DNA of 64,000 nucleotides from Penicillus capitatus (Eukaryota; Plantae; Chlorophyta). The first letter of the stretch is position 1, and each line of letters starts with the position of its first letter. The stretch is from the NCBI GenBank assembly GCA_965649825.1, contig OZ287696.1, forward strand, positions 353,101 to 417,100. The letters are read 5' to 3'. Positions 14,708 to 25,417 of the stretch are shown here, piece after piece. The translations under genes were made by a program, and so were the position numbers. Below the pieces are notes generated by a model. That model worked only from the letters and a program-made list of their open reading frames with translations. It was not told where the DNA came from and searched no databases.

Positions 14708-17700
14708 ATGTTCGAAGAGCAGCTGGGCAGCGAACGTCGTCTACTCGACCTTTGGCTTGAAAACAATTTTCCAGAGCGAGAGACTTCGGATACACGTTCG
14801 TTCTGGAGCTTTGCAGAGAGCAATCGAGGCGACTGGAATCCGCGTGAGTCCAGTCACTTTTCTTTCGAAGCTGGGCCTTCCGCACAAGACAACTGGCAGA
14901 ACACAACAAAATCGTTTCAAGTCTTGACCTTTCTCTGTTCCGAAGTGCAGCTTCTCGAACAGTTTGCTCAGAAGAAATTCTATCCCACACTGTATGTCAT
15001 CGGTGGATCTCTTGTCCGGGGACACGCCCCACCGATGGGCGATTTGGAATTGACATTGGCAAGTCTCTTGCCGACATTACAGGATGTCTTGGATTACTTG
15101 GAGCAATTTGAAGCCCTGCTTCATAACCTGCTCTCACAGACCTGTGCCATTCTGCTCGATGACACGATCGACGTCAAGAGGAGAGTGGTGTCGACTGCCT
15201 TGAGATGCGCCTCCAGAGGACTGGTTGTCCTCTTTTGTTTACAGACCTTGCTCTCGATCAAGATTTTGCCACTCTTTTTTAACTACAGACGCATGTTGCA
15301 CACGATGATGTCCAAAACGAATCAGAGCGGAGCGCAGTTGGCTTTGCTGGAAGAAGTGCAGGATCAAGTGGTCCGATTGGAGGAATCTCTGAGAATGGGA
15401 GCTTTCACAAGCTTCATCGATACTCGGATCAAGCACGGCATTCTTGGGAAGCAATTCCAGAAGAAAGCAGTCATGACACTGATCGAGAGCTATTTGCTCG
15501 AACAGACGGAGAGCAGCTGTGCGCAGTTGGATCTTCCAAATGAGAACGTCTTTACTCGGTCGGATCTGCTGGCAACCATGCTCTTCTTCGTGGCCTACTG
15601 CTATTCTGTCCATCCCAAAGACAGACGCGTGCTCAAAGCTATGCTGGAGATCCATCAGAGATCACCCATTCTGCCGATATATTACACATTGGTCGTGGTA
15701 CCTGCAAGACTTCTGAAGGATCTGTTACCGAATTCCTATATGTCCAGTCTGCCATGGGACTATCTCAAACTCGCATCGGCTCAGTCCAATGCCTACCTTC
15801 AGTCTTTACAGAAATCGATAATTGGGCGATTGGATCGCGTTGCCTTTCGGGGAGCTGTCTGGGCAACTGAGCTCTGTTCTCTGTTGAGTGAAGGCGAAGG
15901 TGTCATCAGTGCAGCAGATCGTGAGCAGTTTCTGTCTTTGCTGATGGAAGGATTGCATATGATGACACATCTGAGGCAGTCTTTTGATTCTATCCTGCAA
16001 TTGCACGTCGAGCAACTGCAGCCTATGAGCAAAGACATGCTGCGTTGCGTCACCAGCTGCATTTGCTATCTAAAACTCCTCTCTGGACACATCGCCAGAT
16101 CCTGGGCTGTCATTGAACAGAACCTCGATTTCTTCTTGGAACATTACAAGACTCTCCTCCTCGATCAGTTCAAACGAGCGTACGATTATCTGCTGCAGCT
16201 GGAACGCAATGACAGGACGTTGCGCATGCGACGCGTTCTGAGCCGATTGGGAGCAAACTATCAACACTCCCCTGAATACTTGACCGTTTGTGTGAAGCTG
16301 ATGAGAATGGCGATCCAAACACTGCAAGAAAAGGCCTCGACGCCCCAACGACTCTTGCTGAATTTTGTGGTGCACTCCATCTCTGGATTTCAATTCGTGC
16401 CAGACTTCATCGAGACCGAGAGTCTGGCCTGTCTGAAGCAGATGGAAGTTGTCGAAACAATGGGCATTCTGCTGCAGAAGATGGGTCACTGCGATTTGCT
16501 CTACTTTCATCCCGAGCTCATGAGAAATGCATTTCAGCAGCTCCTGCAACATCCGGAAGAGGCTAATAAGCTCCCGCATCTTGTCAATGGCTTCCTCGAT
16601 ATACGGTTCTTAGCAGAAGAGGCAGGTGCAGGGCATTCGAATACCATGTTTGAGAACGATGTCGCATCCATGCTCAAAGTCTATTTTTTGGATCCTCTGA
16701 GTCGAGTGGTGGAAAGAGATCTGCTCAGTATTGTCTGCAGCGACGTCGCTTCTCAAGAAGACGGTTCCCAAGATCATATGGACTTGCAGAACAATGTCTT
16801 GCCTCTGTTACAACTCGAACCACTGTCTCTCATCACCCGAGACCTCAGCGTGCTCGATACCGTGAAGGTCCAGTTGAGCAAGACCCTTCGAAAACTGTCC
16901 ATTCGCGGGGAACTGCATTGGGATACCTTATGCAAAGTCAAGAATCTGGCACAAGAGAAGTATGGTATCGTTCTGGAGGTACCGGAGGCCATTGAAGGAT
17001 CCACTCCGTCGACACTCGATCATTTGGATACAGCAGAGAGCATACGAGGTTTTATTGCATCGTATATGTTTCAGCTACATTCCTTCACATTCGTCCTCAG
17101 TCCTCGCACTCCGTCCAATCCATACCACGATCTGCCTGAAGTGGTCGGCATCGAAGATTTCATGGACCTGATCCAGGCAGACATCACTCAAGTGGGTCAG
17201 GCAGCACTCACCTCACTGTACAGTCACAGCAACAAAGACCAAGAACTCCGACCGATGCCGTCAGCAACGACGCTAAATCAGAGACCGACGGTTACGCTGA
17301 CAGAGATGGCAGAGAATGAGAGTGCCGTCGGACTGGTCACACCCAGAACGCGATCTGATGAAGGAGCAGAGGGCCAAGGCCGTGCGGAGCAAACCACGCC
17401 GGAAGACAGATCTGTCGCCGTGCCAAATCTCTTATTCAATCACGACTCATTCAAACGACCTTCCAGCATTCCTGGCATCCAAGGATCGTCTGTCCTTAAT
17501 CCAGGCCGCGCTCCGTGGTCGTTCATGGAAAAATCCCGTCACGATCTGTACTACCAGGAATCTGTTGGAAGTGAGACGTCACTCTGTCCGGCACCGCGAT
17601 CCTCAGATGGTCAGGATCGACAAGGAAGAGTGACACTTCTCATTCGATTGCTCACGGAGGCACTGGTCGATAAACTGAAACAGGTGGCCGAGCTGTGTGG

Positions 17701-18601
17701 CGCCTCCGAAACACGATCTGTCTTGTCTCAAACGACTCAGAGATGGCAGAACAGCCAGAAAGCTGTTGACAATGAATACCCTGTCCCTCAAGCTGAACTT
17801 GTACGCAAAGAAGTCATTGCATTACTAAAGGCTGGCACATTGACCACCAACATCATCCATAAACTTAGATTCTTGATCGGGGATATCGGAAAGGTCGTCT
17901 CCCTTGTCATGCTGGTCTATCACGGCGCCTCTTGTGTACGCGAGCTGACCCTTTCTATGATTCCTCGGGATGTTTTGTCGAACTATGAAACTCTCAGCGA
18001 TTTCTTGAGACAATCTGCAGAACATGAGAGACTTGTTCAGGAAGGCCGTCCATTTGATTATATCTTCAATGGATTTGAGACGAAGCCTTCGGTTCATGTT
18101 CAGTACATGGAGATGTTAGAGCCCGTTTTTGCGTCTGCTCTGGACGAAGGGCATTTAGAGGTGGTGCGCAATATCTTTATTCTCACTCCTGCTATGTCAC
18201 TGGATCACATCGAGTCCATGCGCTCTCTCAAGAATCAATACCAAGGGAGCAGTCTGAACAAAGTGACTGCCAAAACAGAAGATAGCTTTGCCGTAGGACT
18301 GTCCTTTCTGCTGACCATGTTGAATCAGATGTCGAAGTTTGAGGCGTTTCATTGGTTTGAATCGGCCAGTCGGCATTATCACCTCTCGATTGACAGAGTC
18401 CATGCAACCTTACTCAGTCAGCGGAACAGCACTGTCACATCAACGCTGCGCCGAGCACCCGATTCGGAGACACTGCGAAGCATGGAGCTGTTAAACAGTC
18501 TCAAAGGCAAGATCAGTGAATTGAGTCTTCTGGAACACTCCATGCATTGCAGCAAGGTCTTTTTCCAGAAGAGGCAGCAGAAACGACCGTCTGCAGATTA
18601 A
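14708..18601 (+). CDS. WASHC4: WASH complex subunit 4 (SWIP/KIAA1033)-like, about 1300 aa, apparently unspliced
   Basis: Long open frame. C-terminal EDSFAVGLSFLLTMLNQMSKFEAFHWFES resembles the WASH-7 C-terminal DDGFAMG.AYIL.LL.Q..EF.SLHWF motif; FILTPAMSLDHIESM also fits. Confidence 0.75.
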   Translation: MFEEQLGSERRLLDLWLENNFPERETSDTRSFWSFAESNRGDWNPRESSHFSFEAGPSAQDNWQNTTKSFQVLTFLCSEVQLLEQFAQKKFYPTLYVIGGSLVRGHAPPMGDLELTLASLLPTLQDVLDYLEQFEALLHNLLSQTCAILLDDTIDVKRRVVSTALRCASRGLVVLFCLQTLLSIKILPLFFNYRRMLHTMMSKTNQSGAQLALLEEVQDQVVRLEESLRMGAFTSFIDTRIKHGILGKQFQKKAVMTLIESYLLEQTESSCAQLDLPNENVFTRSDLLATMLFFVAYCYSVHPKDRRVLKAMLEIHQRSPILPIYYTLVVVPARLLKDLLPNSYMSSLPWDYLKLASAQSNAYLQSLQKSIIGRLDRVAFRGAVWATELCSLLSEGEGVISAADREQFLSLLMEGLHMMTHLRQSFDSILQLHVEQLQPMSKDMLRCVTSCICYLKLLSGHIARSWAVIEQNLDFFLEHYKTLLLDQFKRAYDYLLQLERNDRTLRMRRVLSRLGANYQHSPEYLTVCVKLMRMAIQTLQEKASTPQRLLLNFVVHSISGFQFVPDFIETESLACLKQMEVVETMGILLQKMGHCDLLYFHPELMRNAFQQLLQHPEEANKLPHLVNGFLDIRFLAEEAGAGHSNTMFENDVASMLKVYFLDPLSRVVERDLLSIVCSDVASQEDGSQDHMDLQNNVLPLLQLEPLSLITRDLSVLDTVKVQLSKTLRKLSIRGELHWDTLCKVKNLAQEKYGIVLEVPEAIEGSTPSTLDHLDTAESIRGFIASYMFQLHSFTFVLSPRTPSNPYHDLPEVVGIEDFMDLIQADITQVGQAALTSLYSHSNKDQELRPMPSATTLNQRPTVTLTEMAENESAVGLVTPRTRSDEGAEGQGRAEQTTPEDRSVAVPNLLFNHDSFKRPSSIPGIQGSSVLNPGRAPWSFMEKSRHDLYYQESVGSETSLCPAPRSSDGQDRQGRVTLLIRLLTEALVDKLKQVAELCGASETRSVLSQTTQRWQNSQKAVDNEYPVPQAELVRKEVIALLKAGTLTTNIIHKLRFLIGDIGKVVSLVMLVYHGASCVRELTLSMIPRDVLSNYETLSDFLRQSAEHERLVQEGRPFDYIFNGFETKPSVHVQYMEMLEPVFASALDEGHLEVVRNIFILTPAMSLDHIESMRSLKNQYQGSSLNKVTAKTEDSFAVGLSFLLTMLNQMSKFEAFHWFESASRHYHLSIDRVHATLLSQRNSTVTSTLRRAPDSETLRSMELLNSLKGKISELSLLEHSMHCSKVFFQKRQQKRPSAD

Positions 18602-18711
18602 CAGTTATCATGTTTGATAAACTCGGAGGTGATCTGTATGTAGATAAGCATCCGTCCATATTGAAAAGGGATCTGTGTTTATGATTCCACCCCTCTGCTG
18701 GTCCATGGATC

Positions 18712-19933
18712 TCACAGTTTCTCTATTGATACAAGGTCACAACGAAAGAGTCCATTACCCGTCTTCTTTTTCAGCGTTGGCAGTAACCACCGTATCCACC
18801 AAAACCTTCCATCGACGTCAAAAACATTCTATAGAAGGACAACGTCTTGTCGAAAGGGTTGAGATGGGAATAAGAGAGAAGTGTGACTTTGAAGTTCTTC
18901 ACGAAGCCCAAGTTGTATGGATTGGACCATGGTCTGCCTTCACGATAGGCTTGCTTCCATGAATGAAAATTCTCGACAAAATCGATCGTCCCCTGTCCCG
19001 TTATCACCAAGAAGCTATGCCAAGAGAACAGACCGCCGACAGCCACTCCAATGGAGGCACTCAACATAAAGGAGAAGGTACGTAGTACCGATGCGGAATG
19101 TGCATCGATAAAGAAAGGTTTCTGATAGAGCATCATTCCAAACTACAGACAGAACACAGAAAAGATCTGCCCATTGCATACATACCACGACAGGAATGCA
19201 GCAATTACACTGTAGGCACAGGAGAGAGTGACGTAGAGGAGAAAGAGGTAGAAGTATCGGTAGTTGCGGAACCCAACGCAGTTTCCAATCCACGGACAGT
19301 GGTGATCCATTTTCAGAATACACCTAAAATCGAAGAGATATCGATCGATGCGTTTGATCTTGTCGATCGAACTTATTGCAAACACTACAGTGATGTGCGA
19401 GATCTGGTTTGGGTCGATCACATACTTTACAGAATCGCCAACACCCACCTTGGTAGATTTCGTACAGAACCTATCCAGCAATGCTCCATCAGAGATTCCA
19501 TGAGATTCGACCGGCACGCACAGGTTCTGAGATATCTAGGGTACAACCGGGAGGTGTTGTGACACACATCCAATAGTTGAATAAGGTGTTCGATAGCAAC
19601 AAGAGTCCTACTGTCCTGTAGAAAAGCATGATCCATCTTCCATGGCGCTGTTCCATCTGTGACATGACATGCATGTATCGGTGTCATGGATTCTATGGGA
19701 CCGGAGGTCATACTTCGACGAGAAGGACAAAGAAAAATGTGTATGCGACAACGAGCATCAGACTCAACGCTGTGATGATGTAGATGGGTCCACAGGTGCG
19801 TAGACCTCTCTCGACCAGCCACTCGACTGCCAGGATTCCTTTATCGACACTACAGGACATGTCTTTGGGGTGGGATGGAGAGGAAGAACGCTAACAGTGC
19901 CGAACGCGTGCAGAAGCTCCAGATACGTTTCAT
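18712..19933 (-). CDS. DHHC palmitoyl acyltransferase (zDHHC16-like), multi-exon; alternative start at 19860
   Basis: [25 protein letters not shown] plus four hydrophobic segments, GQGTIDF and [11 protein letters not shown]. The last exon [17 protein letters not shown] ends at TGA 18712-18714. A 46-nt first intron (19850-19895) is proposed. Confidence 0.85.
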
Positions 19934-19985
19934 GAGAGAGACTCAGGGTAATCTGTCGTACCATCGAGCAGAAGGTGTCTGCGTC

Positions 19986-22900
19986 ATGCCATCCCTCAAG
20001 GATTGGATAGCGGACCGTCTTCATACCCTCTTGGGTAACTAACGGCTTTTTTCTCTGTGAAGAGATCGCAAAAAGCGTCACCTAGGCTACACAGAGACAA
20101 ACGTGGTGAACTATATTGTGGCGTTAGGTAAGTTTCTGTTTTGATGCTGCTCTGTAAGGCAGAGGTATCGCTGTCCAGCAAAGAAGGCTCGAAACGCAAC
20201 AGACCTAGCCAACCGTTTGCAAGACCAAGTGAAAAACGCTCGTGTGGAGTGAGTAAAAGTGGATGGAGAGATGTGACAGGGTCTGCCAGCGACACAGGAC
20301 ACGTATCGATTTGCAGAACAGCTCTTGCAACGAATTCCACCTTCGTCCGATTCCAAATCCTCTGTACAGAAGGTCCGATCTGCATCTTCTGCTTTCTTCT
20401 TCTGAAAGAGTCATGGAGGACAGACATCTGTGGATCCGTTCAAAGCTGCTCAAGAACAGGCGCGTAATTTTCTGGTCAAGAATGCAAAGTATCATCTTCT
20501 AGAAGAAGAGGACGAAGAAGAGTCCGATGCTCCTACAGAGGCATTGAACAGATCCAAACGTAAACAACGAAGAAAGAGAGACAGAAAGGCAGAGGATGAG
20601 GAAGATATGATGTCCATCGATCCATCAGCCGTCGCGCAGAAATACGAACGGCCAAAGAGGTCATGGGAACATGACGAAGACGTCGAAGAAGGATCAGATG
20701 CCGAAAAAGTACCCCCATCATTCTCTGGCAGAGAAACAGAGATCTTCGCAGGAACGCGAGAGGGAACGAGATCAAAGAGAGAAGGAAGAGTTCGAAGAGA
20801 GACTCCGTGCAAGAGACGAAGAAAAAACGAAGAAACTAACAGAAAAGAAACTCACCAAAGAAGAACAGAAGGAAGAAAGCAAACGAAAATATGAGAACTT
20901 GACAGAAAGGGAAGAACTTGTGCCGAAGCTTCGAGAGTATTCTCGACAGGAGTACTTGGGCAAGAGAGAAGAACAGAAGATTCAGGAGCTCAAAGATGCC
21001 ATCGAAGACGAACAGTATCTCTTCTCAGGTGTCAAACTGACGGCCACCGAAAAACAGGAGCTGCAACGAAAGCGCAAGCTTCTGGAGACGGCCGAGGCAC
21101 ACAAGCAACAGATCGAGAAGATGAAAGTGCAAGGATATCACATGCCAGAGAGCTACGATGATTCCACCCAGGAAGGCAGAGACAAACGAAAAGCTGCTCT
21201 CTACGAACGCTATCACGAAGAAGAGGATGAGGATGAAGCAACACCATGGAAGGAACAGGAGAGATGGGAAGGTGCTCAATTGGGCAAGACCCACATGCAG
21301 CTTGGGACAAAGGAGCGCAGAGCGCGGCAGAAACAGTATGACTTGGTCATCGAAGATCAGATCGACTTTATCAAGCACGAGTATCTGACAGGAGATCGAG
21401 TAAGCATGCATCTGAGGCGAAGCTGTTTCACACATTGTTCAGGATCTCAATGAGGAAGAGGAGGATGAGATCGAAAAGGAAAGAAGATTACGAGCAGAGC
21501 AGGAGAAATCCGAAATGGAATCATTGGCGTTGGAACGTTCACTGCTGCCTATCTATCCATACCGTGACGAACTCCTCTCTGCTGTTGCTGAGCATCAAAT
21601 ACTCATCATCGTCGCCGAAACGGGCGCAGGAAAGACAACGCAGATCCCACAGTACCTTCATGAAGCTGGCTATTCGCAGATGGGCAAGATTGGCTGTACT
21701 CAGCCGCGACGTGTGGCAGCCATGAGTGTGGCAGCTCGTGTGGCCCAGGAGATGCATGTCAAGTTAGGCAATGAAGTCGGCTATTCCATTCGTTTTGAAG
21801 ATTGTACATCAGACAAGACCATCATCAAGTATATGACCGATGGCATGTTGCTTCGAGAGTTTCTGGGCGAACCCGATCTCGCCTCCTACAGTGTCATGAT
21901 CATCGATGAAGCACACGAAAGGACATTGCACACAGATGTGCTGTTTGGATTGGTCAAAGACATTGCCCGTTTTCGACCCGATCTCAAACTCCTCATTTCC
22001 AGTGCCACACTGGATGCCGAGAAGTTTTCAGATTACTTCGACAGTGCCCCGATTTTTAAAGTCCCTGGAAGACGTTATCCTGTTGACATTTTCTACACTA
22101 AAGCCCCTGAGGCAGACTATGTCGATGCTGCTGTCGTTACCTGTCTCCAAGTGCATGTGAAGCAGCCGCCAGGAGATGTCCTTGTCTTCTTTACAGGACA
22201 GGAAGAGATTGAAGCGGCAGAGGAGCTGCTAAAAGAACGCACGAAGGGATTGGGATCCAAGATTGGCGAGCTTATCATCTGTCCCATCTATGGAAACCTT
22301 CCAACCGAGCTTCAGTCGAAAATATTCGAATCCACTCCTCCAGGCGCTCGCAAAATCGTCTTAGCCACAAACATTGCCGAAACATCCCTTACGGTCGATG
22401 GGATCAAGGTATGCATGCACACGCTTTGTTGTTTATGACAGCGTCCTGCTGCTGTCATGGTACTGTGTAGTACGTGGTGGACACAGGACTGGTCAAACAG
22501 AAGAGTTACAATCCCCGATCTGGCATGGAGCAGTTGGTGGTGACACCCATCTCCAAAGCGTCAGCCCTGCAGAGATCCGGCAGAGCCGGAAGAACAGCTC
22601 CAGGAAAATGCTATCGTCTCTACACTGCCTGGTCTTACGAACACGAACTGGAGGAGAACGCCATTCCTGAGATTCAGAGAACCAACCTCGGCAACGTGGT
22701 TCTCATGCTCAAGAGCTTGGGTATCAATGATCTGGTCGGGTTCGATTTTATGGATCCTCCTCCATCAGAAACGCTCATCCGAGCACTGGAGCAGCTCTAT
22801 GCACTCGGTGCTCTCAATGATCGGGGAGAGTTGACAAAGCTGGGACGACGAATGGCAGAGTTTCCATTGGATCCAATGTTGAGCAAGACGCTTATTGCCT

Positions 22901-23544
22901 CAGAGAAGTTCGGTGTGGCAGAAGAGATCGCAACGATCTGTGCCATGCTTTCTGTCAGTGGTGCCATTTTCTATCGCCCTAAAGACAAAGGCGTCCACGC
23001 TGACAATGCACACCGATCGTTTCACAGAGGAGAGGTCGGCGATCACATCGCCCTCCTCAACGTCTTTACCAACTGGGCAGAAACGAGCTTCTCCGTGCAA
23101 TGGTGCTACGAAAATTTCGTCCAGGCCCGTTCCATGCGGACAGCTCGAGATGTGCGTGATCAGTTAGTGGGATTGATGGAACGGGTGGAGGTCGAGATGG
23201 CGTCCAATGCCTCCGATCACGATGCCATTCGCAAAGCCATCGCTTCGGGCTTCTTCTATCACACGGCCAACTTACAGAAGACAGGATCATACAAAACGGT
23301 CAAAAGTCGCCAGACAGTGCACATCCATCCATCCTCTGGCCTCAAAGATGCCATGCCTCGTTGGGTGGTCTATCACGAACTCGTGCTCACGAGCAAAGAG
23401 TACATGCGGAGTGTCAGCGAGATCAAGCCAGAATGGCTCATCGAGATCGCCCCACACTATTACAATCGACGGGAGATTCATGAAGAAGCTGGCAAGAAGC
23501 TCCCGAAAGGTGTGGGGAAACGACCCATCGATGCTGTGACGTAA
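19986..23544 (+). CDS. DHX16: DEAH-box pre-mRNA splicing helicase DHX16/PRP2 (ESP3-like), multi-exon
   Basis: The N-terminus reconstructed from short exons ([36 protein letters not shown]) matches plant ESP3. Helicase motifs: [54 protein letters not shown]; HA2 and OB-fold tail. Confidence 0.95.
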
Positions 23545-23701
23545 CGTAGAAGAATTTAAGACGATGTGCGCCATGTGTGGTTGATTTGATTTGCCACTCG
23601 AGTTTTGTCCCTCTAGGTTCTTCACCACGGCGTCACATTTTACCTTTTCCGCCACCCCTGGTGGCAGATGTCGCACCATCACGCCTCCATCTACCGGCCC
23701 G

Positions 23702-24820
23702 ATGCGTCGAGATGTCCCTTGCCGGAGTGCCGGTGGTGGTCTGCGGCTTCCTCGAATCGACCGCCGTTCCGTTTGCGTCGCCGCGCGTCATTTGCAGACC
23801 CAAAGAGAGTCCCCTCGTAAGAATCAAGAAAACGAAGCACTACTCTGCCGTATGTTCCGTGCCCACGAGGCGCCCGTTACGGCAGCGGTCGTCGTGGCTG
23901 AGAACGAGTCGCAGCAGCATATTGTCACGAGTTCTCTGGATCGCTCTCTCGCCTATTGGCGTCTGCATCAAGTCGGACTCGATACAAACAAACTGGAGGC
24001 AGCACGTATCGCCTGTGGACGTCCTGTGCTCTCAATTGCTGGCAATACTGAGAGAGCGAAGGATGGAACGAATTCTGTGTACTGTGGACGGACGGGTGGA
24101 GAAAATGAGATTGTGTGTTGGGATCCACCCAAGGCAGGGTTTCATCCGCGTGTGATGCTGGGTCCTCACGGAGGATGGGTACGAGATCTCAAATCAAAAG
24201 GACGATGGATGTTCAGCTGCGATTGCAATACACTGCGTCAATGGGATCTATCATGGTCCAATCCACGGCATTTAAGGAATGTCTCACTCTATAAGGGTGA
24301 CATTCTCTCTATTGCTGTCGGTGGAGATAAGGTCTTTGTCGGCGTCAGTGACGGCAGCATACATTCTTGGGATATCCAACAGAATGGGAAACTGGTACCT
24401 GCTGCGACATGTCAAGCACATGAGGGACGTATCAATGCCATTGTCTGGGACGATGGCGTCCTCTACTCTGCTGGAAATGACGGACACTTGAAAGTACACG
24501 CATGCTCTGACATCAGACGTCACATCACTTATGGATGTGTCTTGTAGTCTTGGGATGCGGACTCTTTGGAATCGATACGGTTTTACTACAAAGCTCACGG
24601 TGGCAAGAAGATCAATTGTTTAGCCGTTGGACCTGACAGTGTGATATATTCGGGATCAGAGGGCGAAGGTGCCATTCGAAGGTGGAATGGTCGAAGACTG
24701 TATCCGCATGAACAACCTCTGCTGTGCCACCATGCCTCTGTCAGAGTCCTGAACTTTGGATCCAACAATGCCCTTGTATCTGGAGACGCCGATGGCGTTG
24801 TCTCTATTTGGAAAGTCTAG
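23702..24820 (+). CDS. WD40-repeat protein with basic, transit-peptide-like N-terminus; 2 exons
   Basis: Repeats such as AHEAPVT..IVTSSLDRSLAYW, PHGGWV..MFSCDCNTLRQWD, VGVSDGSIHSWD, AHEGRIN..LYSAGNDGHLK-SWD and HHASV..LVSGDADGVVSIW. An intron near 24496-24547 joins the two ORFs. Confidence 0.8.
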
Positions 24821-24847
24821 TTATGCCCACTGCCATTGATTTCGTTT

Positions 24848-25261
24848 TCATGACCATGATCTGCTCTGCCACTGTTTTCTTTTTTCGTTCTTTACGAGCC
24901 GTATTTGATCGAAGATCAACATTACTAAGGACGGGAAGCCATCGGCCAAAGTTTTGGAACGACGTGTTCTATCTACGGTATATGTACGTACGGTTGGTGA
25001 AAGATTGACGACAACGGACACTAGAGGCCCATCCAGCCATTGTTGTGGCTTTCTTGCAAAGATGGACAGACAGCGAATTGCTGATTTCTCCTCGAAGAGG
25101 GTTTTATCGATTAAGACTTTAAGAGCTTGCTGGCAGCGTCCAGAAAAGGGGGCAAGTAAATGAGTCGGAAGGGTTGTTATGTGTACCATCCATTCGAAAC
25201 CGTACGAAGGAAAGGGATCTATTTGTGAAAGATGCTGCTGCTGCCTCTGTCTCATGAACAT
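24848..25261 (-). CDS. Possible small hypothetical protein
   Basis: 137-codon ATG ORF containing GT..AG segments of typical intron size. No recognisable motif. Confidence 0.2.
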   Translation of the reverse strand: MFMRQRQQQHLSQIDPFPSYGFEWMVHITTLPTHLLAPFSGRCQQALKVLIDKTLFEEKSAIRCLSIFARKPQQWLDGPLVSVVVNLSPTVRTYTVDRTRRSKTLADGFPSLVMLIFDQIRLVKNEKRKQWQSRSWS

Positions 25262-25417
25262 CTCATTTCAGTCAAATGGGAGCCCGTTGGCTCATTTTAA
25301 GGTTGAGATGTTCGGCAATGAACAACTAACTGTAAGAGTGAGTGTGTGACAATATCGGTTGTCTCTCTATTGACTCTGCACTTGATGCGAATTCAATACA
25401 AGTGCATCGATCGCTCT

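Noticed and set aside
19764-20495. Minus-strand ORFs of 143, 105, 96 and 81 aa upstream of the DHHC gene, initially considered a separate or overlapping gene
   Set aside because: They are antisense to the short 5' exons of DHX16, which reconstruct cleanly on the plus strand and match ESP3/PRP2.
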